Below the pieces are notes generated by a model that worked only from the letters and a program-made list of their open reading frames with translations, ran no database searches and was not told the DNA's origin. DNA of 64,000 nucleotides from Azolla caroliniana (lineage: Eukaryota > Plantae > Polypodiophyta), in assembly GCA_043228905.1 (NCBI GenBank), contig JBHGNT010000005.1:4092001-4156000 (forward strand), read 5' to 3'. Both the position numbers and the translations under genes were made by a program. Positions 1-12,499 of this stretch are shown piece after piece; positions within the stretch are counted from its first letter, which is position 1, and each line of letters begins with the position of its first letter.

Positions 1-81
1 TTTAGTTTAAAAAACAAATCAATAACTGTTAACACCATCACAAACTGTTATGATAACGGAACTGCATTTGGTCAAACTAAC

Positions 82-463
82 CATGCCAGATATTTGGCAC
101 ATTAGTGCCAGCTCTTGACAGAACCGAGCAGCTGCAGTCTCTTGAACACCTCGAGAGAAATTAATGCATGCCCAATAATTCACTACACCTCCATTAACCA
201 TTTTCTACCAAAAACATATCAAATGAGTGAGAAAGTTATACTCCTCATGTACCCAAAACACTACTTTAAGTTGATAAGTAAATGGAGATAAACCCCTCTT
301 TACTTTGTCTCTCATGTTCCATTGACCAATCTCTGGTTGGCAAACCTTCAGCTTCCCTGTATCATGGTACTTAAGCTGCACAAATGGGTTTAGTGCTGTG
401 TCAAAAGGGCAGTTCTAAAGTATCTCTACGGCAAGAAAGCATATATATGTAAACAATATATAT

Positions 464-497
<34 letters not shown>

Positions 498-3400
498 TTG
501 TGTAAGGATTATATGTGTGTGTGCGCCTCTATGGGTATATATACATAAATGTATTACATACTAATACATGTATACAACTCAAAACGGCATCAATGACCTG
601 CGGGGCTGGTAATATTCGAGCTTCGACAGCAGCCAATTTATCACTGATCTTTATACCAAATTCTTTCGCATAAGGATCATTGACATAGGAATTGTGTCGC
701 ACAGTCTACAAATATTAATACAAATACCACCATTTCATGGATTATAAGCCCGACTTGCTTTCGTATTTTACAATGCATTAAAGATGTTAACTTTCAATAA
801 CTCTCATGACACTTCGTTCAAAACACATCACTGGCATTTACTTCAAAGCGTATATGCAAAAGGCATTGACTACATGGAAAATATGGCTTTGACATTTAGC
901 ATTGATTCAGCTGATGTGGCATAAATACCTCCATAATATCTCTCTCCCTATCAATGGGACGCTGGCATGTCACTTTCAAAAGGGCTGTAATCTGCTTCTC
1001 ATTTAGTCGTTTTGAGTACCTCTGGCCTTCAACAATTTTGCATACCTAATGGAGTAGAAGAAATCATTTGCATATAAATGGAACACAAACAACAGATATA
1101 GTGGCATATGTGCAAACCCACCTCCATAGGTAGATAATTTGGACGTTGCTGATTGCCAACTTGCAAACACGGAAGAACAGTGTTCTTGATAGTGTATGCG
1201 TATGTCTCTTGGAAATACTCTACCACAGACTTCATTGTCCCCTTGTCATCAACAGGAAAGCTACATAATATGACACATTAGGATCAGCGACATAAAAATC
1301 AATAACTAAATAATTAAGAATGTCATTCTGTTCTAAGCATTTATTAGTGTGACAGTGTCAATGAGAAAACATAAATTAGTATGACGGTGTCAATGAGAAA
1401 ATATATTCAAGGATTGAATGATAAACGGATGATCTAACATACGTTAGTTCCTGGGTAGGTTGTGATGTTAAACCAGATATTCGATATTTGCGGCGCATGT
1501 TACCACGATGAGTTACTTCCACCTTTACTCCTCTAAGAGCTTTCTTGATCTGGTTATGAATCAAACACAAGAAAAGTGTTACCATTCCATGGGATAATAA
1601 TACGATATTAGAGATAAAGAAGTAGGCACAGATGATTTAAGATTACTCTGCAAAACATACTTTTATTCGGTCAGCATCAGAAAGATGCCGTGAAACATCC
1701 TTGCCAAGTAGCTGGGATACAAAGTCAGGAACCGGAAGAGGCTCAATGAAGGCTGTTGACGACATATCTATAAACACAAACAAAGTTTAACCAATGGAAA
1801 CTGAAGCTTAATGCAACAATATCCTCTGAAATCAGCATTAAAGCAAAACAAAAAATATTGTAGACCAAGAAAACAGACCCTACTAATATACAGACTGAAA
1901 ATAGCCACATATATCCACAAAGCAAATAACTCTATGGTTCATTAATACAAACTGAAGCTTATTGCAACGCACCCTGAGATCCCTAACATAAACCAAACAA
2001 AAAAACTGTACAACCACAAAAGGCACATCATTGGGAACTATATGCCACTAAAAACATGCTTTCGTTACTAGACAATGTGAGCAAATAGAGACCACGTTTT
2101 CAGAACCACATCATTGTATAAAACAAGTTCATATTTCCAGAGCTACACCATTGTAGATCCGAATGAGAACCACATTTCAGAGCCATACCATCATAAACCC
2201 AGAAGAAAAACAACATCTTCAGAGCCATGCCATTATAGACAGAGAAAAATAAAAAATTCGCAACGACGCTGCTATAGAACAAATAACCGACATTTTCAGA
2301 ACTCCGCCATTACAGACCGAATCAAACTTCTTACCTATGTTTAGTGAAAGGCCCATTTGAGTAGGCCTAATGCTCTGATAAAACCCTCTCCAGCTCTCTA
2401 ATCCTTCTCCCAATTGTTGGCGTCGACCAAGGTTCGGAGAGTAGAAGGATCTCCCAACAGGGCAAAATCTTTGTGTCGGAAGCTCCCTCAACACAATATC
2501 AAGCACTTGTAATGCTTCTTGTGGAGCATCTGCCTGCCTGCCATGAAGAAATTCCCCAAGATGATGTAAATCGGCCCTCGCTGCAAACTTAATCACAACT
2601 TTAAATTGCCTCTCCCTTCTGCAACAATTCAACAAAACAAAATACAACAAAAAAGATGAGTTCAAAGTTGTAATAAAGGCATCTTGCAATCACAAAAGAG
2701 ATGAATCAAAGTTTCAATGCATCTATCTAGCTTCCATTGCATACGTTAATGCATTGCAACAAAATAAAACAAAAATGGTATAAAGTTTAAACACAACTAC
2801 TGATGGCATACCTGAATGCATTCCAGCAAAACAAAATATAAAAGATGAATCATAATTTAAACGCATTATACCTTAATCCATTCCAACAGAAAGTAAAAGA
2901 CAAAATGAATTTTAGTAACTCCTCTACAAGTGATCGCATATAACTTGAAATCAATAATTTATTTCTGGACTTCTTTTCTTTAGGTCAAGAAGAAAAACCT
3001 CTTTTGGGCACCACTTCCATCATCTTCGTCCAACAGAGTAATGGAAAATTCTTTATTCTGAAAAGGTAGGGATCCAGCCGTATATAGGCTTTTTCTTCCA
3101 TCATAAGCTGGAAGCCTTCCTCCTAAGGAGGAATCCCTATGAAGCTTTACAAGCTGTTCCATTACGGCGCGATTTACACCCCGGGAGGTAACTTCTGGAG
3201 TGATAGTAACCTGTAAAGAAAGAGCAAAGTTAATCATCTTAGATTGCCTATATACTCTGAATGTATACATAAGACAAAGAAAATAAACCCATTGAGAAGA
3301 GATGTTTATCAAAGTATGTTTGATCAATGTTATTAGAAATCCAAAACGCATGCTAAGTTAATTTAAAAATCACCTATAGAAAGTGTGTTCCCAAAATTTA

Positions 3401-5119
3401 AGATTAAGCACATAATTTACACCTCAAACGTTTGTGCGAGGCTATGAAATTTCGTTTTTCAAATAATTAGAAAATGCGTGATTCTATATATGAAAATTAA
3501 TTCTTATTTTCTGTCTAACTAGTCACATTGGAATCCTTTGCTGGGTGGGCTTCTAAATATAAGGGGAGGACATCCTCAGAAGTTTAAGTTGCTATATTTT
3601 GCTTATAGTTGCAGCTTAATTATGCGCTTCACATTAATTTTCATGTATCGCGGAGCTTGAATTTCACGAAGCATATATATTTGAGTGTTTTGTGTATATA
3701 TGGAGAGAAAAGAGGGGGAAAGTTAAATAATAAAAATTGGAAGTAAGCAAAAAAATTGCTTTTTTCAAATTCTAAAACATATAAATTAGCTGAGAAAGAG
3801 GGAAGACCCATTCTGAAGAAGCGATAAAAAGCATCTGTGGGTCAGGAAAATGAGGTTCAAAAGAAGACCCATTTCTGCGGAGGTAATAGATGATCATTAT
3901 CAGATGTCTATGCAAGAAAACTGAGATTTGACGAAGATTCAGTTTGGAGAGGTAAGTAGAATACAATGAGAACATATTAAATAAATCAGCCTCAAATGAA
4001 ATAGCAAGAACATGAGCAATGGAGAAGACACGTTCGCAGTAGTAACGGAACAAGGAAACGCTGCTCATTATCCATCTCGGATTTCAGCAAGAAAAAACCA
4101 AACTGGGGAAGAATTGTATGAAGTGGCGATTGGAAAAGAAAGAAAAAGTCAAGACCATATACCCGTAAGAGAAAAAGAGGTGATAAATAGCATACATACA
4201 TCGTATTGATGGAGGTCTTTGTCTGGAAGCTCGGCAAAGAAATGGTTGGCCTTAACAATACACTTGATTCCGGTATGCCCTTTCCCTGGTCGCGTAGGGA
4301 AGCGAAGCTTCTTACTCGAGGAAGGAGGCAGTTTACTTTGCTCAACAGTCAGAGGCAGCTGGGGTACAGGCGGATTACTCTGAGCATGAGAATCCATATC
4401 CGAATGAATAGAAACCCCTTGGAATTGCTGTTGCAAAGAGCCTTGGAATGGCTCAGAATGCAGCACCGGGACAATAGAGGGACGAGGGGGGACGAATGGA
4501 GGTGCCATGTAGGAGGAGCTATTGGGCGGAGGGGGCACTGCCATTGCCATTCCCATGGTAGGCATAGTGTTAGCATGACCTAATTGTCTGATGGTAGGGG
4601 TGGTATTGATCACAGGTTGATTAGGTGGCAAAGCAGCATAAGGATAATTAACCAGAGGAAGAGGAATGGGGGAGGGCTGCTGATGCGGGAGGTGGATGGG
4701 GGGTGGAATGAAGAAATTAGGGCCTCCTCGTATAGGATGTGCAGCGCTGTCGATAGGTTGATCTGGTCCTTGCTGCGGTGCCGGCTGTTGCACAGTAAGG
4801 TGCGGAAATGCGACAGGCGGGGTCAAGGATTGGGCTGTTATGGCGGAAGAAATCTTCGAAGAAGAAGAAGAAGCAGCTTGGGGCAGATCGGGAGGGGGCA
4901 CAGCAGTGGCAGTGAGAGAGGGTTGAGGAGGTTGAGATCGCGGAGCTTTGCCTTTTCCGCCACGTTTGCTTGGTTGGGACGATGATCTTCCTGCGCCTGC
5001 ACTTTCTTGGCCTTGGTTAACCAGATCAACTGCTGCAGGAGCAGGAGGAGGAGGAGGAGTTGGATGCGGCGAGGATTCGATCATAGCACCGGATCTTGCC
5101 CTTTCTTGACCCCCCGATC

Positions 5120-5155
<36 letters not shown>

Positions 5156-5303
5156 ATGGTGATGGTGATGGTGATGGTGATGGTGATGGTGATGGTGATG
5201 ATGAATCGACCTTCTTTTGGATTAACGTGGGAGAAGGAGTAGGACGTGGCGGAGATGACCCTGACCCCGATTCTTCCCTGGGCGTCTTCCGTCGTCGAGG
5301 CAT
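82..5303 (-). CDS. AGO1: Argonaute, AGO1/AGO10 clade, most likely AGO1 (5' part only; gene continues past the left edge)
   Basis: Ten in-phase exons with GT..AG introns: 4200-5303, 2999-3210, 2335-2618, 1661-1767, 1443-1549, 1122-1260, 929-1045, 598-705, 304-375, 82-204. They translate to Argonaute motifs [68 protein letters not shown], the PAZ region [26 protein letters not shown], and [27 protein letters not shown] miR168-like site lies in exon 1. Confidence 0.95.
2097..2333. repeat. Degenerate ~40-bp minisatellite, 6 units, in AGO1 intron 3
   Basis: Core TTCAGAGCCAYRCCATTRTAGA recurs near 2097, 2134, 2174, 2216, 2256 and 2293. Confidence 0.7.
4874..4894 (-). promoter_or_regulatory. miR168-like target site in AGO1 coding exon 1
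   Basis: The plus strand reads CAGCTTGGGGCAGATCGGGAG against miR168 TCGCTTGGTGCAGATCGGGAC (recalled sequence), 17/21 identical, so the mRNA is complementary to miR168. It encodes PDLPQA, equivalent to the PELHQA site of angiosperm AGO1. Confidence 0.8.
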
Positions 5304-5357
5304 TGTGTGAATCAGATGATTCCCGTCTGTTTCTTTCCTGTGCCTGTGTTTCCTGCA

Positions 5358-5744
5358 CTGCAATTGAATGGACAAAAATGACAATCAGAAGAAAGAAAGA
5401 CAGACAGAAAGACAGAAAGAAAGAATGAATGAATGAATGAATGAATGAATGATGATGATGATGATGATGATGATGAAGATGAAAGGAAAGACGGAGAGAA
5501 TTCCGGTAGTGAACCTAATAACAATGGGATTAGTAAGCAGTAGAGGGCCCAGTTAGAGCAGAAAGACGGTGATTGATTGAGAAACTAATTAGCTTAATTA
5601 TTGCCTCAAAATTTTCAAGCAAATTAAGAAAGGCAGCAGTAGCTGAGAGAGAGGGAGAGAGAGGGAGGGAGGGAATTTGAGCGTAACAAGACAGATGAGT
5701 GAGCTATGGAGAGCTTGAAAATGTGGAATGCCTGTAACTCTGGA

Positions 5745-5781
<37 letters not shown>

Positions 5782-5890
5782 TGCTGCTTGGCTGGATGGA
5801 AGGAAGAACCTGTTCCAAGAAGAAGAAGAAGAAGAAGAAGAAGAAGAAGAAATAGGAGCAGAAGCAGAAGAAACCTAGACAGGCAAAAAT

Positions 5891-5945
<55 letters not shown>

Positions 5946-6030
5946 AGAGAGAGAGTAGTAGTAGTAGTAGTAGTAGTAGTACAGAGTAGAGTAGTACAGT
6001 AGAAGCAAAGATAGTGGAGGGGTAAGGGAA
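5358..6030 (-). other. AGO1 5'UTR exon (about 5781-6030) and 5'UTR intron (about 5358-5780), microsatellite-rich
   Basis: Minus-strand donor CAG|GTTTCTCTC at 5780 and acceptor TTGCAG near 5358. CT/CTT/TAC repeats on the sense strand are typical of plant 5' leaders. Confidence 0.5.
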
Positions 6031-6039
6031 AGGAAAATG

Positions 6040-6372
6040 TTCGCCTTTTTGCTTTTTTTTTGCTTTTTTTGCTTTTTGCGTTTTGCTTTTTTACGTTTTG
6101 CGTTTTGCTGTTTTGCCTTTTTCTCTTCTTTTTTCCATTTTTACATCCATTTTCTCTTCCTTTTTGTTTTTTCTGCTTTCTTCTTTTTTTTTCTCTTCTA
6201 TTTTCTTCGTCTTGTTTCTTTTTTGTTTTTCTATTTTCCTTTTTTTCTTCTTTCTCCTCTTCTGTTTTTTCTATTTTTGCCTTTTTCTGTAATTCTTTTT
6301 CTTCTTGCTTCTTTCTTTTTCCCCGTTTTCTTTCTTCTTTTCCTTCTTCCTCATTTTGTTTTTTTTTTTGTT
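6040..6372. repeat. Low-complexity T-rich (TTTTGC/TTC) tract upstream of AGO1
   Basis: About 330 bp of almost only T and C on the plus strand; it explains the F-rich and K-rich spurious ORFs here. Confidence 0.8.
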
Positions 6373-6511
6373 TTAAGGAACTAATTGGCTGATAATAATA
6401 ATAATAATACGTGTAATAAATGAGGATAAATAATAGATCCAGTTGCCTTTGCCCCCAACCCATGACCATGACCATGACCATGACCATGTCTTTATTTATT
6501 TATAGATTCAT

Positions 6512-6546
<35 letters not shown>

Positions 6547-8430
6547 ACATGCATATTTTCAATTGGCTGCCTTCTTCTTCTTCAAATGGAGGGATGGAGA
6601 GAAGAAGGGTCTCTCCAATGTCAAGAATTTCCAATGCCCCCTCGGAACTTTGTATTTCTATAATATCGTTGAGAAACATGAAAACATGGGGGGCGGGGGG
6701 GGTGCATACATGAGAGCTTCGTGAAAATTCTAGGATGCAATGATGTTTTTCTAGTTATCTCAAATCATGACTACTAGCGAGCAAACCATCCATGGATTGA
6801 TGCATCATCATCATCATCATTATGATCGTGACCATTGACCATTATAGGCCATAGCCCTCCTGTGTATATATGATTGATTGACCATAGGCCCATGTGCCCA
6901 TGACACGATGCATGCATTTAGCCTATGTGTATAATATGTACATACATATACACCTATGAGCCATGTCTATGACTCTTGTAACCTTTTTGGGTTGTGTATT
7001 ATATACACATGGCTACATCATTCTCTCATATTTGGCTCATTAGCGTTTCTTAAGGAATCTATGGATGTTTTAAAGTGACATCCAAAAGCCCAATTTGACC
7101 CAAACTCAGATACAAACAAATGTGGTCGAGTGGAATTAGACTTGGCGAGGATTCTAAGACTTGGTGCATTATAATGACATGCACAAAAACGTTACTAGTA
7201 TTTTGATACTTCAACTTTTACCCAACTATGTATGTGAGGGTTGATATTGACATGCATGAATTTTGGGCTACATGCCACGTCCTATTATTCGGGCACTAAG
7301 TGTATTTTTAAGTTATATTATATATGAGAGCATGCATGTTATTAGAAAATGAAATATGCATATTGGTGCAACAGTTTGCTTAAGTATCGTGCATGCACGA
7401 TTTTTAACCAAGGAAGCCTACCCTCAACATTGAACCTACATGTTTTTAACACATCTATTACCATATATGCAATCATGTGCAAGTACTCAAGGTCTCGGTC
7501 ACAAATCATATTTGTGTTGTCTTAACTATGAGCCAACTATGTGTACATCGTTGACTTTTGAGTCCATCGTTGTATGTATGTCAGGAAGTTGTAACCCATG
7601 ACTTTATTTATGCATGTAGTTAACTCATGGTCCATGGTTATAAACAATGTATGTGTGCTATTGACCAATTATCCCATGTTCATGTGTATTTTACCGATGA
7701 GACGAGATCATATGCATGTTTTTCAACCACGCATGCGATTATATGTAGGGCTCAAGTTATATACGAGTCATGACTGCAATACGCATATATTTTAAGCCAT
7801 GCATTCGCCAATTAATAGATGCATGTTTTTTAGCTATATATTACGCATGAAAGAATTTTGATTATGTAACCCTTACACTTTTAAGGTAGAACTCGCCACC
7901 ACCAGATGTATAGCATATATTGTACTTGCAAGAAGGTAGAATATTAACACTTCTAGTATACATTCCTTTGCATTTTTCTCTAAATAAACCTTTCATTATT
8001 GTGACCTTCACATGCATAATAAATCAATAAAATATCAACTAAAATTTGTTTAAAAGAAAGATTTTAAAAGAAGCATGCCATGAACCGTGATGATTTCATG
8101 TTTTTGAGATGTGCTTAAGTTGTGCAAAATCGTAATGTTTGTAGGACATTCATGTTTCAAACGTAAGGACCATGGCTATATGCATATGTGTTTGCCTATG
8201 AACCATCACTATATGTGTGATAAACTTGTAAGGCACGATTTTGTGCATGTTATTATTGAGTGAAAACTACATATGCATGTCTTTACAAATTTGGCCATGA
8301 CATGATATCATTGTGTTTGCAACATGATATCATTGTATTTGCGTGTAAAGTAAAAGGAAATCACATGTCTTCATTTCATTGTGTTTGTTTTTCTTTTGAA
8401 CACTACCAAGCTCATGGGGATGTAGCAGAG

Positions 8431-8994
8431 CTACCTTTTTTTTATTCCACTAATGTCATATATGGAAACAACATTCAAGAATAAGGGGTGTCATCTACTA
8501 GACTACCAATTGAAAATTTGAATCTGCTGGTTGGGACATTATGCTCTCATAAATTATTGATTATGTTTAATAACATCAATTATTTCATGCTGAAAAAGAA
8601 ATTTGGCGAATGAACAAAGTTCAATTAGTCTTGAATTGTTCTTCAAGAACATTTTGGCCTTTTCTTCTTTGGTATTGGTAACATTTGAGCCATTTACTTT
8701 ACAATGCATGCACTACCTTTTTTTTATTCCACTAATGTCATACATGGAAACAACATTCAAGAATAAGGGATGTCATCTACTAGACTACCAATTGAAAATT
8801 TGAATATGCTGGTTGGGACATTATGCTCTCATAAATTATTGATTATGTTTAATAACATCAATTATTTCATGCCGAAAAAGAAATTTGGCGAATGAACAAA
8901 GTTCAATTAGTCTTGAATTGTTCTTCTAGAACATTTTGGCCTTTTCTTCTTTGGTATTGGTAACATTTGAGCCATTTACTTTACATTGCATGCA
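8431..8994. repeat. Near-perfect 282-bp tandem duplication
   Basis: CTACCTTTTTTTATTCCACTAATGTCATA starts at 8431 and again at 8713; the two units differ by only a few substitutions. Confidence 0.9.
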
Positions 8995-10211
8995 CAGAAT
9001 CATGCCATTCTACAAAACCAATATGCACACACTAAATATGAAATGATTGTGTTTTATGTGTAGAAATTGCATGAGCGTGCTTTTAAAACAACAAACACAC
9101 ATAGTCAACATTTAGAAGTTAGAAATATCACCAACATAGGAGGATAGCTAATGTGTCAAAACCTTCTCACATGGCCATTTGCATACTTCTCTCTATACAT
9201 TGGATGGCATGCATGAGTTCTTAATATATGATGACTTTGTTCTTCATGTGCTTTCTTACTCATGGATGATTCTGCAAATATAACTTTAGCACATTTTGAT
9301 GTCGATGTTTATATTATTACTCGTAGTGTTACTCCCACTAGAGCCATGTTCATTCCTTTAAAATCTGAAAATGCATCAAGGATATGCTACCCTATGCAAT
9401 GAAATTGCAAAGAGCTATGATTATCCCTTGTGAGGTTTTGAGTATGTATCCTTTTGCATCACATACTACCCTTGACCCTAAAAAAACACCATTAGTTCCC
9501 AAGCCATAGGACTCTTAACATTTTGATCACAAAAAATGTTATTGATTTGGTTTGATTTTGTGGATCCTAAACTCTATGCCATGTAAAAAAGCATTGGGTT
9601 TTCAAACATGTCCACCAGAATTTCTTATAAGCTTACTTTAGTGTGCACTATTTAGATCTTGAATACATGTGTTAGAATCTAAATCCAACAGTAAATATCA
9701 CATTAACTAAATTATACCTACTATAAGATAAAATTTGCAATTTAATTCGTATATTCTATTGTATTAGTGCACCACCAATCATGGCAACATTAATTCATTT
9801 GAAGAATATGACATAATATACATGTCCCTTCAAACAATCTAACGCCCAACTTCAATAAACAGTGATATAGGTGTATGTTTATGTGTGTTTTGTTGATAGA
9901 AGTTTGTTTTAGATAAATCATTTCCATCGAACTATGTAAGCATTACAATAAGGGTTTTAAAATAGTCGAACATTAGCCTCAATAACGAAAATAAATGGCC
10001 GGGTTTCTAATAATTACAATTGAATTTCATTAATATCTCTTTGTACAATGTAATACTTTGAGTGAACAATGTTTTGGATATAGTTGTGAATCATGATGTT
10101 TTTCCATCTTCTTGTGAGTAAGGTTCTTCTTATTATCATATCAATATATAGGTGTCTGTAGAAAGCTCACCAAATTCCACAATAAATAGTTTCGTACATT
10201 TGGACTATGAG

Positions 10212-10246
<35 letters not shown>

Positions 10247-12451
10247 CTCTCTCTCTCTCTCTCTTCACAAATAAAGAAAGAAATACGCAAGAAACTAATA
10301 CAAGGGCAGTCACTGACTGATTCCCACTAATTAATATATCAAAACATATGTCATTAAAGCTATTAGATTTACTCGTATGCGATTAATATAGCAACGTGAG
10401 TGATAGGATTGAAATAAAAACAAGGACTTGCTCTCATAAGTCTCAAAGACTTGTGTCTTGTAAAAGCTTTCACTCTTCCTTTCCATTAGTCTAATTTGGG
10501 CAAGTTCAATTAAAGGCTTGGGGAACATTTAACATGTTCCAATTTATCGTACTCAATTATGGTTGTCATGCCATATATGGTATCATGGTAATCGTCATAC
10601 GTGGAATAAGGTAATGTTAAGTTTTTTTACAATCGAGTGGACAATTACCCAAAAGACCACCCAAGTTGTTGAAATACATCATTCAAGAACATGAACCATG
10701 CTAGTACTCGATTAAGTCATTGTACATACTCTTGACTACCAAGCATTTAGTTGCTTTTGGGTTTGGAGTTTGTTGAAGTATGAATTAATTATAAGTACTC
10801 AATACCGTGCTTATCGTTGTTATTTTCAAGCAACATCGGAGATTTTGCACATGGAACTCTACACTTTCTCCCTCTTCCATAAAATGTTGCCATGTGCTTT
10901 CATGCAACTTCGATGTAACTTGTCTCAACTTTGGGATATCTACCCTAAATATGATAAGGATATAACCCAGCTGCCAAACGAGGATGTGATGGTTGCATAA
11001 ATGAAATACTTGAAATTACCAAGGATTCACACACTCACAAGTTAACTTTCCAAAGGGTTTGAGAAGTGTATGAAATAAACATATATAGACCCAATAGATA
11101 GCCATGCTCTAATTTTTTTTGTCGAGGGATATATTCACCTTCTTAGGATAAATATAGGACGTGTAAGAATCACTATACTTATGACTTACGACTATCCCAC
11201 ATTTTTTTCTATCATCTAACAACTACGTACATATATTTTTTATTGTTGTGTACAAACCGCTGACAACGTAAGGACACATCCACTCAAATAAGGTACAGTC
11301 TTCAAAGGCTTAGTTTATAGTATTGCCTATGCAAGTTGGGGACACACGTAGTGAAGACATTATGGAGCATTGTAATTACAAAAGGCATATACAATATTGT
11401 CGTTTATATAAAGGGAGACAGTACATGCATGCTCATCGTATGGCTTAAACAAATTATGAGAACAACGTATTCTTACAAAATAGCATGTCAACGATCCACA
11501 TCCATGAGAAGAGTGGTGATACTTAATGCAACGAGGGAAAAATCTAAATCCTTTGAAAGGATGACTGCCCCCCATGAGATACAAATCTCTTTAGATGTAC
11601 ACATGGTAGATTTGATTTAATGTAATGTAATGTAATGACCTTGCTATGATTCGTGAAGGAATGTCGTATTTCCTTGCAAGAAATTCAACTCTACATAATT
11701 CACGGTGCTACATTACAAAGGGTTGTGAGGATCACCTAAAAAAAAAAAGCAACCATTGTCATTTTAATCAACTAATTTAACTTGAACAAATATTGAAATC
11801 ATATAGGAATTGCACTTGGTTTCATTGAAAAAATCATAGTCATTGCTCCTTCCATATCCATGAGGTTAAGAAAAATACAAGATTACAATGCATGAAGTAT
11901 CGCATATGTAGATGAAACTTGCCTTTCGATAACCTTCCTGATGTTGGACGGATACTCATCTGCTTGTTAAGATGGGTACATTGTATGCATCAGTGAGCTC
12001 CTTTCACATCAATCCATGCACCTAAATAAATAATAACATCATCATCATGTGTGTTAGAACTTAGCAATGCATATAAACAAGACATTCACAAATGCATATA
12101 TTGTTAATTATAAAGGTTAGAGCGTTTATGAATTTGTGGTTGAGGATGAGAAGAATGCCGAGGTATAAAATTATTGAATAGGTATGCCATGTGAGTTGAT
12201 GCTCATAGTCTATAGACTATACATAAGCATGACGGGCAAGGTGACACGTACATGGGTTGTGAGAGTGCGTGCATGCAATATGAGGACATGACATCATGCA
12301 TAGGTAATGAAAATGCTAAAAGATATGTGAATTACATCCCGATGCCATCATCATTCATGTCCATCCCATCATCACAATCTTATCACAAAATCTAAGCATG
12401 TCGCCATCATCTTATGGATCGATTAACATATACATATGTTACTATGTATAT

Positions 12452-12499
<48 letters not shown>

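Noticed and set aside
2097-2333. CRISPR-like reading of the core/linker array
   Set aside because: It is in a eukaryotic intron, the cores are too degenerate and not palindromic, the linkers are short, and there are no cas genes. Treated as a minisatellite.
4206-4985. Plus-strand ORFs overlapping AGO1 exon 1
   Set aside because: Antisense shadows of a GC-rich coding exon.
5598-6713. Long K/E-rich, F-rich and ER-repeat ORFs (e.g. 5624-6487, 287 aa)
   Set aside because: Produced by microsatellites and the T-rich tract, which lack stop codons; no domain signal.
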